IMG/VR virus record: IMGVR_UViG_3300042691_021691
Location: 1 to 64,000 of that record
DNA length: 64,000 nt
From: a virus
Direction: 5' to 3' (one strand)
Shown: one piece after another, positions 24,513 through 33,923 of the stretch
Layout: each line of letters begins with the position of its first letter
Numbering within the stretch: the stretch's first letter is position 1
Program-made: the position numbers and the translations under genes
The notes under the pieces: model-generated
What the model was told of the DNA's origin: nothing
What the model saw: the letters and a program-made list of their open reading frames with translations, nothing else
The model's database searches: none

Positions 24513-24707
24513 TTGAAACCATACACTCACAGTTTGTATAAGTATATATACGCAATTTTTTTGGGTATTAGTATACTTGGTTTGATATTTTCAATAATAG
24601 ATGTTAATTTTTATGCATGTATTATGTCATGCTTTGCAACAATAGGTTTTTTTGAATTGACAAAAATATATATAAGTTTAGAGAAGTTTGTAAATGATGA
24701 ACAATGA
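24513..24707 (+). CDS. Small membrane protein
   Basis: GGAG RBS, TTG start, 2 TMs. Confidence 0.5.
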   Translation: MKPYTHSLYKYIYAIFLGISILGLIFSIIDVNFYACIMSCFATIGFFELTKIYISLEKFVNDEQ

Positions 24708-26413
24708 GGATATTTATGAAGCCACGGTTACACATGTTAGGTTTAGCGCACACCGTAACAACAGATGAATTTAGTCATTGCGCCTTTACAGGAAAAGTAA
24801 AGAAATTTTCTCCAATGATGAGATATGCCGGATATGAAGTTTTTCATTATGGCGTAGAAGGTGCCGATTCGGGAGCTAATGAAAATATAGATGTATTGTC
24901 TAGAGAAGAATGGGATCATATGCGAAGTAAACTTCTCTTGGAATTGCATCCAGATAAGCCTGTGCACGATAGATCAAAATACATAGGTGATTTGGCAAAC
25001 GTAGGGAATGATATATATAAGACGTTCAATGAGAGATTAAAATATCTTTTGCGTAAAAATGTAGAACGGAATGATATTATTTGTCTTCCATTTGGATTTG
25101 CCCATCAAGATGCTTTAGCAGGATTACCGTATGGAATAAAGGTAGAAACCGGAATTGGTTATCCTGGATCATACGAACAGTTTAGAGTATTTGAAAGTTA
25201 TGCTTGGTATCATTATGAAATTGGAAGAAGCCAGACCAGTGGAAATGATTATTGGTCCGTAATTCCAAATTATTTTATTGCAGATGACTGGAAGTTAAAT
25301 GAAACTCCATCTAGGTATGTTGCATATTTCGGCAGATTGGAGCCTATTAAGGGCTTAGATATAGTGCATGAAGTGGCAAGACATAGACCAGATTTGACGT
25401 TCATTTTATGTGGACAGGGCGACCCCACCCCATACTTAACCCTTCCCAATGTAATATATCAGCCACCCATTCATGGTACGGCTCGCTCCGATTTCCTTGG
25501 TAACGCTTTGGCGGTATTAATGCCGACTAGATATGTAGAACCATTTGGGGGCGTAACCGTAGAAGCGCAACTGTGTGGAACTCCTGTATTGGGATCTTCG
25601 TGGGGAAGTTTCACGGAAACGATTGAACATGGAGTTACTGGATACCGTTGTAAGGTATTGGGTGATTTCTTGGCAGGATTAGAGGCAATTGAAAATGGTG
25701 CGTTAGATAGAAAAACTATCTGCGAATATGCAAGAGCTAAATATGACTATAAAGCCATAGCACCTCAATACGATGCAATGTTTACTCAGCTACAACATCT
25801 GCAAGGAAATGGATGGTATACTGTAGAGTCTCCGCAGAAAATTTTTGAAATTAAAAAGGCAGTAGACTATTCCAAAGAAACTCCAAAAAGTGAATGGGCT
25901 AACAAACAATTAAATTATTGGAAATCGTTTAAAGATGGGACGTTAAAGCAAGATTTTAGCTCCACCCTTTTACTAGGAAATCTAGTTAAGATTTTTGATA
26001 GACAATTTAAAGAAGACGAATCCGTAGTTGATATCGGAGGGGGTCCATTTAGTATATTAGCACACACTAATGCAAAACATAGATTTGTAGTAGACCCTAC
26101 ATATTATGGAAGTGAAGTAGATCAAGAGTATGAATCAATTGGAATTCAATACATCCCGCAGATATATGAATCGTTTAATTATAAATTTAATGTGGGTGTG
26201 ATTGTAAATTCATTATCTTCATTTGAGTCAATTGAATCGGTATTATCACACGCAATAGCGTTTTGTGATGAAGTATTGATAGCAGATCTCATTGACATTG
26301 AGTTATACAATAATTTATGTAAGTTTATTGATTCGATTACAGATAAGACCGTAGAAATATTAGAAGATAAGCCATTTAATAATAAAAAATTAGTTGCATA
26401 TAGAATCAAGTAA
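24704..26413 (+). CDS. GT4 (GT-B) glycosyltransferase with C-terminal methyltransferase-like domain
   Basis: FGRLEPIKG, EPFGGVTVEAQLCGTPV; C-terminal VVDIGGGP. Confidence 0.85.
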   Translation: MRIFMKPRLHMLGLAHTVTTDEFSHCAFTGKVKKFSPMMRYAGYEVFHYGVEGADSGANENIDVLSREEWDHMRSKLLLELHPDKPVHDRSKYIGDLANVGNDIYKTFNERLKYLLRKNVERNDIICLPFGFAHQDALAGLPYGIKVETGIGYPGSYEQFRVFESYAWYHYEIGRSQTSGNDYWSVIPNYFIADDWKLNETPSRYVAYFGRLEPIKGLDIVHEVARHRPDLTFILCGQGDPTPYLTLPNVIYQPPIHGTARSDFLGNALAVLMPTRYVEPFGGVTVEAQLCGTPVLGSSWGSFTETIEHGVTGYRCKVLGDFLAGLEAIENGALDRKTICEYARAKYDYKAIAPQYDAMFTQLQHLQGNGWYTVESPQKIFEIKKAVDYSKETPKSEWANKQLNYWKSFKDGTLKQDFSSTLLLGNLVKIFDRQFKEDESVVDIGGGPFSILAHTNAKHRFVVDPTYYGSEVDQEYESIGIQYIPQIYESFNYKFNVGVIVNSLSSFESIESVLSHAIAFCDEVLIADLIDIELYNNLCKFIDSITDKTVEILEDKPFNNKKLVAYRIK

Positions 26414-26417
26414 CGTA

Positions 26418-26446
26418 TTGACAATGTATTTAATATAGCATATATT
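26418..26446 (+). promoter_or_regulatory. sigma70-like promoter overlapping ATATTTATA
   Basis: TTGACA-17nt-TATATT. Confidence 0.65.
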
Positions 26447-26466
26447 TATACATATAAGGGGGTTAT

Positions 26467-26706
26467 ATGCCAGAGAAAGAGTTCAAGCGAGTAGTTGATG
26501 TTAGATTATCACCATCTTCAGTATTTATACTTGTACAAATTTTATTGGTACATTATAAACTAACTGGAATTTTTGTTTCTAGCTGGATGTGGGCATTAGC
26601 CCCCTTATTGTTAGTATGTTGCTTAGGTTTACTTGGATTAATTTACAATTTGATTATTAATTTTGTATATTATTTAAATAAACCATTTAATAAGCTTAAA
26701 CGATAA
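26467..26706 (+). CDS. Small membrane protein
   Basis: KLTG...SWMWALAPL motif. Confidence 0.6.
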   Translation: MPEKEFKRVVDVRLSPSSVFILVQILLVHYKLTGIFVSSWMWALAPLLLVCCLGLLGLIYNLIINFVYYLNKPFNKLKR

Positions 26707-26707
26707 C

Positions 26708-27043
26708 GGGCCTGACATGGTTTCGACGGGGTGTAGAAGATTAAACTTTGTATCTCGTTTGGTAAGACGAGTAAAACAGACCAAAATATTTAACTGGCAA
26801 TAATCAATTAGCCCTCGCTGCGTAAGCAGCTTGACAAATTAGTCCAACCCACGTAAGATTAATTTGTTCATTAACGTGGTATAGTCTTAGGGAGGGACCG
26901 TAGCTAAGATGATACACAACAGTCCTATGCCAATCTTACGTTTGTTAGTTGTCGAGAGATTGGCGAAGCAATACAACTGACTATATACATAAACATTTAA
27001 TACGAAGCTATCTCGGACGTGGGTTCGAATCCCACCAGGTCCA
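26708..27043 (+). ncRNA. ssrA: tmRNA; tag peptide (A)GNNQLALAA
   Basis: GGGCCTGACATGGTTTCGAC 5' end; GGTTCGAATCCCACCAGGTCCA 3' end with G3-U70; tag ORF 26796-26825. Confidence 0.95.
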
Positions 27044-27067
27044 CTTAAATTTGAGGTTACATATAAA

Positions 27068-27343
27068 ATGTTACAGCTAAAGTTGAATAAAAAAGTTGCG
27101 ATGGAAACGGAATCGGAAACTGAATCAATTTCTTTTGTGGAAGATCCTGGTGTAAAGTCTCACGAGTCTACTAACATTAAAGGAAGACATTATGTAAACC
27201 TTCCTAGGGTTGTGACTGATAACGCACCTTCTATTCTGGAGTATATCGACAATGAAATTTCAATTCTTAACAAAAAAATTTCATTGCTTGAAACAGAGCG
27301 CGATTGCGTTACTAGACTACTTGAGGTCGTTTCAAGATCGTAG
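27068..27343 (+). CDS. Hypothetical protein
   Basis: GAGG RBS, coiled C-terminus. Confidence 0.55.
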   Translation: MLQLKLNKKVAMETESETESISFVEDPGVKSHESTNIKGRHYVNLPRVVTDNAPSILEYIDNEISILNKKISLLETERDCVTRLLEVVSRS

Positions 27344-27546
27344 AAATAATAAGCAAATTTTTATATTAAAATATAATACTTTGCGAGCAAATATAATAAA
27401 TAATACTAATTTTAGTAGAGTTATGAAACAAGTTTATCGCATTCGTATTGACAAACTGCGACAATTTTGTTATGATACAAATATCAATTCACCAGAAACA
27501 CGAAGTATGATTGGCTCGTTAGAACAACTTGTAACACAGAGGTTTT

Positions 27547-27951
27547 ATGCTTTCCAAAAAAGCAAATCGAACTAAAAATTACAAACAACCTACCGAATAT
27601 CATACTTTGTATTGCTGTGAGTGTGAGCAATATGAGTTTACTGTTAGAGTTGATGTCGTAAAAGTTACTTGTGGAATGTGCGTTCAAAAAATTGTAGCAC
27701 CTCCTGAAAACTATTCTAAGCAGAATAGCCCCACAGCAGGATTTCCACGAGGGTGGCACTTTAAGAAGAGATTTGAAGCTCCGAATGGAGATGTGTATTC
27801 ATTTGGAAAATTGGTGGGTGATGTTGTGGAAGATTCCATCGTGGAAGAATCAACAGAATCAAAAATCAAACAAGAAAAATCTTCTAAAAAAACTAAGACT
27901 GGTTCCAAGAGGAAATCACCACTTAAGCGTAAGAGAACGTTAAAATCATAA
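27547..27951 (+). CDS. Hypothetical zinc-finger protein with basic tail
   Basis: CCEC...CGMC; PRGWHF. Confidence 0.65.
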   Translation: MLSKKANRTKNYKQPTEYHTLYCCECEQYEFTVRVDVVKVTCGMCVQKIVAPPENYSKQNSPTAGFPRGWHFKKRFEAPNGDVYSFGKLVGDVVEDSIVEESTESKIKQEKSSKKTKTGSKRKSPLKRKRTLKS

Positions 27952-27971
27952 TGTTCTTCTGAGGGTATTCG

Positions 27972-28277
27972 ATGATTATTTTTCCAAACAAACCCGCACC
28001 AGTAATTAAACACTTTTTAGATCAAAATAAATCATTGGTTTACAAATATATTGTTAAAAAAATTAAACATGCGATTACTAATGATCTAGAAAGCGTAGAA
28101 GTATTTAAACACTATAATAAAATTGAATCTATCAAAGATTCCGAATTTGAAAAAATGCTAGGGAATGCGATTGTAGAATTCTGCAAGGTTGAAGATTACG
28201 AACACGCAGCAGTTAGTCAAAAACTACTTGACAAACTAAAAATTAAAAAACTGATAGATGATAGCAAGAGTAATTAG
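27972..28277 (+). CDS. Hypothetical protein (UVR-like EDYE motif)
   Basis: EDYEHAA. Confidence 0.6.
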   Translation: MIIFPNKPAPVIKHFLDQNKSLVYKYIVKKIKHAITNDLESVEVFKHYNKIESIKDSEFEKMLGNAIVEFCKVEDYEHAAVSQKLLDKLKIKKLIDDSKSN

Positions 28278-28280
28278 CAT

Positions 28281-28808
28281 ATGGGAGCAGAAACTAAAAA
28301 ATGCATAGTATTGAATTCTACATACGAACCTCTTACGATAGTTACCGTTAAGAGAGCTATTTCTTTAATAGTTCAAGGAAAAGCAATACTAGTCGAAGAA
28401 TATAAAAATGTAAAAGTTAGAAGCAGTAATCAATCTTTTTCTGCACCTCTGACAATTGCATTGAAATATTATATTAATAGCAGATTGGTATTTAAACGAC
28501 CGGCTCCGTTGAATAACAGAAATCTGAGCGTGAGAGACAATAATACATGTCAGTATTGTGGCAGAACTAAGTCACAATTAACCGCAAAAGAAAAGATGAC
28601 ACGAGATCATATTATCCCGAAAGATAAAGGCGGGATAGATGATTGGTTAAATGTTGCACTATCATGTGATACATGTAATAATAAAAAGGGCAACAAATAT
28701 ATGAGTGAAAAAAATATGAAATTGCTAAAAGAACCCACGGTCCCAACGGTATTTGAATTGTGGGCTAGACAAGCAAAAATATCTCCAACCAGTATACTAC
28801 AAGACTAA
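28281..28808 (+). CDS. HNH endonuclease (McrA-like)
   Basis: VLNSTYEPL, RDNNTCQYCG, TRDHIIP..KGG...W.N...C..CN..K. Confidence 0.9.
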   Translation: MGAETKKCIVLNSTYEPLTIVTVKRAISLIVQGKAILVEEYKNVKVRSSNQSFSAPLTIALKYYINSRLVFKRPAPLNNRNLSVRDNNTCQYCGRTKSQLTAKEKMTRDHIIPKDKGGIDDWLNVALSCDTCNNKKGNKYMSEKNMKLLKEPTVPTVFELWARQAKISPTSILQD

Positions 28809-28817
28809 GGAGCAGTT

Positions 28818-29441
28818 ATGGATGAAATGGTTATTAAAGTAGAACAAAGTTATAATAAATTTATGCAGTTAATTGAAGCAGATCCGCGCTCAGAACTACT
28901 GAAGAAGATGTATGAAAATTTCTCGGATCAGCTATCGATTGCTCCTGCATCGTCTAAGTATCATTATCATAATGCATTTCCAGGAGGCTATCTCTGTCAC
29001 GTAGTTCACGTAGCCGAGATTGCCGTGAAGTTAACTAAAGTGTATAGTGAAATGGATGGTAACGTAGACTATACTAAAGAAGAATTGGTATTTGCCGCGC
29101 TACATCATGATCTTGGCAAGCTAGGAACAGAAGATACTCCATATTACTTGGATCAAGATTCTGATTGGCATCGTAAGCGTGGAGAAATGTATAAGCACAA
29201 TGATGCTATTCAGTATATGAAAGTGACGGATAGGGCACTATATACTCTACAAAAATATAATATTCCAGTAACAGAAAAGGAATTTATTGCTATCAAGCTT
29301 TCCGATGGATTGTATGATGACAGTAATAAATCATATTTAGTAAATCATTCGGTGTTTCCTATGAAAACAAATCTGCCATATATTATTCATTGGGCGGATC
29401 ATATGGCTACATCGGCGGAAAGAGATTCTGCAAGATTTTAA
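28818..29441 (+). CDS. HD-domain hydrolase (YhaM-like)
   Basis: APAS..YH.AFPGG...H, HHDLGK, HWAD. Confidence 0.85.
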   Translation: MDEMVIKVEQSYNKFMQLIEADPRSELLKKMYENFSDQLSIAPASSKYHYHNAFPGGYLCHVVHVAEIAVKLTKVYSEMDGNVDYTKEELVFAALHHDLGKLGTEDTPYYLDQDSDWHRKRGEMYKHNDAIQYMKVTDRALYTLQKYNIPVTEKEFIAIKLSDGLYDDSNKSYLVNHSVFPMKTNLPYIIHWADHMATSAERDSARF

Positions 29442-29464
29442 TGGTTATGTAATATTTATTTATA

Positions 29465-29517
29465 GTCTCGCACCAACAATGGTGGAGACAACCAGGTATG
29501 CTCACTAATGAGATACC
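29465..29517 (+). promoter_or_regulatory. Two-hairpin leader of hsp20
   Basis: GTCTC..CACCA/TGGTG.GAGAC and GGTAT.CTCA/TGAG.ATACC, after ATATTTAT. Confidence 0.45.
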
Positions 29518-29535
29518 ATTTCTTAGGAGTCTTAT

Positions 29536-30027
29536 ATGACTAAAAATTCTTTATTGGTACGTCCGAGAAGTTGGGTGGGATCGGTTTTTAATGAACGTGA
29601 TTCGTTTGTTAATTCATTTGATCAAATTTTCGATGAAATGCTTAAGACACAGTTCCCAGAAGCATTTACCGAAATTGGCGCAAATCCAATTGGTAGAGCA
29701 GCGTATCCAAAGGTTAATGTAGTAGCAAAAGAAAATTCATTGGTTATTGAGGCGGAGCTAGCAGGACTGAAAAAGGAAGAAATTGATCTAGATGTTAAGG
29801 ATACGATTCTAACAATTTCAGGAAAAGCTACTTCCACCGAAGCGGCAGAAAATACGGTTTATGTAATTAGAGAATTAAAGCGATCTGGTTTTAGTCGTGC
29901 ATTTGTGCTTGGTAAACAATTTGATACTTCTAAAATTAGTGCAACATTTGAAAACGGGTTACTGACAATTGAAATTCCAAGATTTATTAAGGAAGACAGT
30001 AACCCACAAAAGGTTACGATTAAGTAA
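29536..30027 (+). CDS. Hsp20/alpha-crystallin small heat shock protein
   Basis: YPKVNV...AELAGL...FSRAF...ATFENGLLTI. Confidence 0.92.
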   Translation: MTKNSLLVRPRSWVGSVFNERDSFVNSFDQIFDEMLKTQFPEAFTEIGANPIGRAAYPKVNVVAKENSLVIEAELAGLKKEEIDLDVKDTILTISGKATSTEAAENTVYVIRELKRSGFSRAFVLGKQFDTSKISATFENGLLTIEIPRFIKEDSNPQKVTIK

Positions 30028-30046
30028 AAACCTTAAATAACTAGGA

Positions 30047-30147
30047 GGGCTAACGTAATGATTCGTAGTTTTAAATCAGCAGTAGTTAATCACAAAAACT
30101 ATAACCGATATAACTAGGAGGTGATCCACATCGGTTATATTTAGCCC
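30047..30147 (+). ncRNA. Hairpin RNA displaying a complement of the 16S rRNA 3' end (contains 19-codon ORF 30058-30117)
   Basis: TATAACCGAT/ATCGGTTATA stem around AGGAGGTGATCCA; outer GGGCTAA/TTAGCCC stem. Confidence 0.6.
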
Positions 30148-30170
30148 AAAACGTTAACCATGGAGATACT

Positions 30171-30205
30171 AACGGGGTCATTGAGAACCACTCTTTGACC
30201 CCGTT
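30171..30205 (+). terminator. Terminator-like hairpin
   Basis: AACGGGGTCA/TGACCCCGTT. Confidence 0.6.
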
Positions 30206-30228
30206 CATTCATTTGAATAGAGAAAATT

Positions 30229-31284
30229 ATGATAACACTACATAGATTGATAGTATTTACGGCATTTTGTATAGCAGCGGCAGCAGCATATTTTTCAGTT
30301 ACAGGAATAGGAAAATTATTTGCAGGTGCAGCTATGTCGGCAATGGTTATGGCAAGTGCGTTAGAATTAGGAAAGCTGGTATCGGTTTCATTCTTATATC
30401 GATATTGGAAAATTATACCTCGTGCATTAAAAACTTATATGACTGCTGGCAGTATAGTTTTAATAGCTATAACATCCGCTGGTATATATGGATATCTTTC
30501 ATCTGCGTATGCTACAGTTGCCGCTACGCCATTAAAAATGAACGCAGATATACAAATTTTAGATGCACAGGCAAAAACTTTAGATGAAGAAATTCAAAGA
30601 AAGACAAATAGATTAGATCAAATTATTTCTCTTCGTGGACAGCAAGAATCTAGAATTGATAATTTGATTGCAAAAAGTACAACTGGTTCTAATACTACAA
30701 TTAGAACGGCGCAAAATTCATTGCGAGAATTAGATAGAACAGCATCGGCGTTACAACAAGAAATAAACAAAACATCCGCTCAACGTGATAGCCTACGGGC
30801 AAAAAGTCTAACAACAGGTGTTGAAATTAATACTAATTCCGACATAGGAACTTTTATGTATATTGCAAATGCAATAGGAGTTCCATTAGATACTGTAGTT
30901 AAATGGTTTATATTAGTTATTGTCTTGGTGTTTGATCCTTTGTCTATTAGCTTAGTATTAGCATATAATTTTCTAAAAATGCAAGAAACTAAAAGTGTGG
31001 AATCCAAGCCTATAGAAGATGAAAAGGAATTGCCGTTGTATACACCGGAGCCAATAGCAGAAAAAATAGAATTGGTGGAAGCAGAAGAACTTACACCAGA
31101 CATACCTGCTGTATTAGATTTGCCAACCGAAGAAGTAATTAATAAAATTGATTATAATCAAATATATAATGATCCAATGCCATATTATATGAATTCAAAA
31201 TATGATTGGAACAAAGATCAACGATGGGAAACCGACCCATCTGCTATAGCATTCAAAAGATATTTAGATAACAAAACCATATAA
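30229..31284 (+). CDS. Multi-TM plus coiled-coil membrane protein
   Basis: FSVTGIGKLFAGA, LELGKLV, VFDPL motifs. Confidence 0.75.
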   Translation: MITLHRLIVFTAFCIAAAAAYFSVTGIGKLFAGAAMSAMVMASALELGKLVSVSFLYRYWKIIPRALKTYMTAGSIVLIAITSAGIYGYLSSAYATVAATPLKMNADIQILDAQAKTLDEEIQRKTNRLDQIISLRGQQESRIDNLIAKSTTGSNTTIRTAQNSLRELDRTASALQQEINKTSAQRDSLRAKSLTTGVEINTNSDIGTFMYIANAIGVPLDTVVKWFILVIVLVFDPLSISLVLAYNFLKMQETKSVESKPIEDEKELPLYTPEPIAEKIELVEAEELTPDIPAVLDLPTEEVINKIDYNQIYNDPMPYYMNSKYDWNKDQRWETDPSAIAFKRYLDNKTI

Positions 31285-31288
31285 GCCC

Positions 31289-31317
31289 TTGACAAATACT
31301 AAATTATATAGTATATT
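31289..31317 (+). promoter_or_regulatory. sigma70-like promoter
   Basis: CCC-TTGACA-17nt-TATATT. Confidence 0.7.
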
Positions 31318-31360
31318 TTAGTATATTCTAATTCTTAGTATACTCTAGCTCAAGGATTTT

Positions 31361-32257
31361 ATGTCGCATCAAGTTGGTTACTGCTGTATTAATCTAACTC
31401 TACAAGATACTCGTAAAATTACAACTAATCGTGGCATGATTCAACGAACGTTCCTTGAGCGAGGCGTTAATTATGCATCAGAGCTTGCATTACAAAATGC
31501 GCGTGACTTAGTAGAAATTATTAAATGGAATGCAGAAAATAATATTAAAGTATTCCGACTATCATCCAATCTATTCCCTTGGAATTCTAAATATAAGCTA
31601 TCAGACTTGCCCGACTACGATGCTATCTGTCAACATCTTCTAGCAGCGGGTAATCTTGCGCGTAATACGGGACAGAGAATTACTGCACATCCTGATCATT
31701 TTGTTAAGCTAGGTTCTACTAAGCCAGACGTAGTAGATAATGCCATTCATGATCTCGAACACCATTCAGAAGTATTTGATCTTATGGGACTATCTGCTAC
31801 GCATTATAATTGCCTTAACATTCACGTGGGTATGAATTTCGCAACTGATACAGTTACTCGTTGGTTGCATGCATTTGATCGTCTATCCGATAACTGCAAA
31901 AAGAGACTAGTTGTAGAAAATGATGACAAAGCTTCGGCGTTTTCTGTTCAACAACTCTATGATAATATTTACAAGAATATTCGTATTCCAATTACATTTG
32001 ATTATTTCCATCATCAATTTCATTCTGATGGGATTACCACAAAAGATGCGGCAGTATTGTCGGCGTTTACGTGGGATGTTCGACCGCTGTTTCACTATAG
32101 TGAATCAAAAAATCTGAATGAAAACGTATCTGGTAACCCACGAGCACACGCAGACTATGTGTTTAGTAAGATTGATGATTTTGATCTTAATATCGATGTA
32201 GATTTGGAAGCAAAAGCAAAAGAACTCGCACTATTAAAATACCGGAATCTATCATGA
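31361..32257 (+). CDS. uvsE: UV DNA damage endonuclease
   Basis: GYCCIN, FRLSS, HPDHF, ENDD, FDYFHH, HYSES, AHAD, EAKAKE. Confidence 0.92.
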   Translation: MSHQVGYCCINLTLQDTRKITTNRGMIQRTFLERGVNYASELALQNARDLVEIIKWNAENNIKVFRLSSNLFPWNSKYKLSDLPDYDAICQHLLAAGNLARNTGQRITAHPDHFVKLGSTKPDVVDNAIHDLEHHSEVFDLMGLSATHYNCLNIHVGMNFATDTVTRWLHAFDRLSDNCKKRLVVENDDKASAFSVQQLYDNIYKNIRIPITFDYFHHQFHSDGITTKDAAVLSAFTWDVRPLFHYSESKNLNENVSGNPRAHADYVFSKIDDFDLNIDVDLEAKAKELALLKYRNLS

Positions 32258-32886
32258 TTAGTTTTGCTATAACCACTCACAATGAAGGTGAGTATATTCA
32301 ACAATTATTAAATCAGCTTATAACCCATACTAAAGTAACAGATAGCGAAATTGTTATTTTGGATGATTTTTCTGATGATGAACGAACGAATGACATATTG
32401 AATTGGGCACAACTCCAACCCAAAGTCACAGTAGAAAAGAGAAGTTTAAATAATAATTTTGCAGAACAAAAAAATTATTTAAATTCTCTTTGCAAAGGAG
32501 ACTACATCTTTCAAATTGATGCGGATGAAATGCTACATCCGCATCTATTGTCGCATATAGATGCTATAATTAAATCAAATGCGGAAGTAGATTTGTTTAT
32601 GGTTCCTAGAGTAAATATGGTCGAAGGATTAACGCCATCTGATATAGAACGATGGGGATGGGTTGTTAATGAAAATAATTGGGTTATGTGGCCTGATTAT
32701 CAAACTAGAATTTATAAAAATACTCTATCAATCAAGTGGGAAAGTGCAGTTCATGAAAGAATTTCTGGATATGATGTGGTGGCGAAATTACCTGCCGCAG
32801 AAGAATGGTCAATTTATCATATAAAAGATATTGATAGGCAGCGTAAACAAAATGATTATTACGAAACAATTCAACGGAAAATGTAA
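32254..32886 (+). CDS. GT2 glycosyltransferase
   Basis: ITTHNEG, LDDFSDD, IDADE, WPDYQTR. Confidence 0.88.
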   Translation: MISFAITTHNEGEYIQQLLNQLITHTKVTDSEIVILDDFSDDERTNDILNWAQLQPKVTVEKRSLNNNFAEQKNYLNSLCKGDYIFQIDADEMLHPHLLSHIDAIIKSNAEVDLFMVPRVNMVEGLTPSDIERWGWVVNENNWVMWPDYQTRIYKNTLSIKWESAVHERISGYDVVAKLPAAEEWSIYHIKDIDRQRKQNDYYETIQRKM

Positions 32887-32888
32887 GT

Positions 32889-33923
32889 ATGTATGAATGC
32901 CTAACATATGATGATATAAATCTAGTTCCCGCCTATAGTGAGATCGAAAGCCGTCAAAATATTGATCTTACGACACAATTAACTACTAATTATAGTTTAA
33001 TGGTTCCGCTCATCGCAAGTCCTATGGATACGGTATGTGATGTTGATATGGCTATTGCAATGGCTGAAATGGGTGGTGTAGGATGTATTCATCGATTTAT
33101 GTCCATTGAAGAGCAAGCGGAGCAAATACGGGATGTAAAATTTTCTATACGCGACAGCATCTATTATGAAAGATGGAACGGTATGGAAATTCCCTATATG
33201 GCTGCGGTTGGAGCCAATGGTGATTATTTAGAACGGGCACAAGAGTTGACAAATAAAGGTGCAAATGTTATATTAATTGATGTGGCACACGGACATCACA
33301 AATTTGTCAAAGATGCTATTGAAAATTTAAAGAACAAGCTACCATCACACGTTGATATTATTGCTGGGAATGTAGCTACTGCTCAAGCTGCAATGGATTT
33401 AGAGGATTGGGGAGCTAATGCAATTCGAGTGGGTATAGGCGGCGGATCATTATGCACAACCAGAATTAAAACTGGATTCGGTGTTCCTAATATTACATCA
33501 CTAGAACAATCTTCTAATTCGACATCGGTTCCAATTATTGCATGTGGTGGAATTCGTTCAAGTGGAGACATTGCGAAAGCACTGGCTGTTGGGGCAAGCT
33601 CTGTAATTCTAGGTTCTTTATTAGCAGGAACAAAGGAAGCGCCTGGGGCAATTATTGAGAAGTCTACTGGTTTATATAAGCGTTATCGTGGGGCAGCTTC
33701 TTTGGAAACCAAGACAGTGCATGGTCAAGTGCAACGTAACGTGGAAGGGGAATCCACCGTAGTTCCGTTCAAAGGTGGGGCAAAATTTGTTATAGAAGGG
33801 TTATTGGATGGGCTTAGGTCGGCACTGTCATATGCAGGAGCACAAAGCTTATCTAAATTTAATCCTGAATATGTCAGAGTAACAAATGCAGGAATAACAG
33901 AAGGAAGACCGCATTTGTTATAA
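32889..33923 (+). CDS. IMP dehydrogenase / GMP reductase family (no CBS domains)
   Basis: ASPMDTV, DVAHGH, GIGGGSLCTT, GGIRSSGD, EGES. Confidence 0.9.
   Translation: MYECLTYDDINLVPAYSEIESRQNIDLTTQLTTNYSLMVPLIASPMDTVCDVDMAIAMAEMGGVGCIHRFMSIEEQAEQIRDVKFSIRDSIYYERWNGMEIPYMAAVGANGDYLERAQELTNKGANVILIDVAHGHHKFVKDAIENLKNKLPSHVDIIAGNVATAQAAMDLEDWGANAIRVGIGGGSLCTTRIKTGFGVPNITSLEQSSNSTSVPIIACGGIRSSGDIAKALAVGASSVILGSLLAGTKEAPGAIIEKSTGLYKRYRGAASLETKTVHGQVQRNVEGESTVVPFKGGAKFVIEGLLDGLRSALSYAGAQSLSKFNPEYVRVTNAGITEGRPHLL

Noticed and set aside
27252-27575. 107-aa ORF overlapping both neighbours
   Set aside because: It overlaps 27068-27343 substantially and has no clear RBS; a shorter version may be real but cannot be supported.
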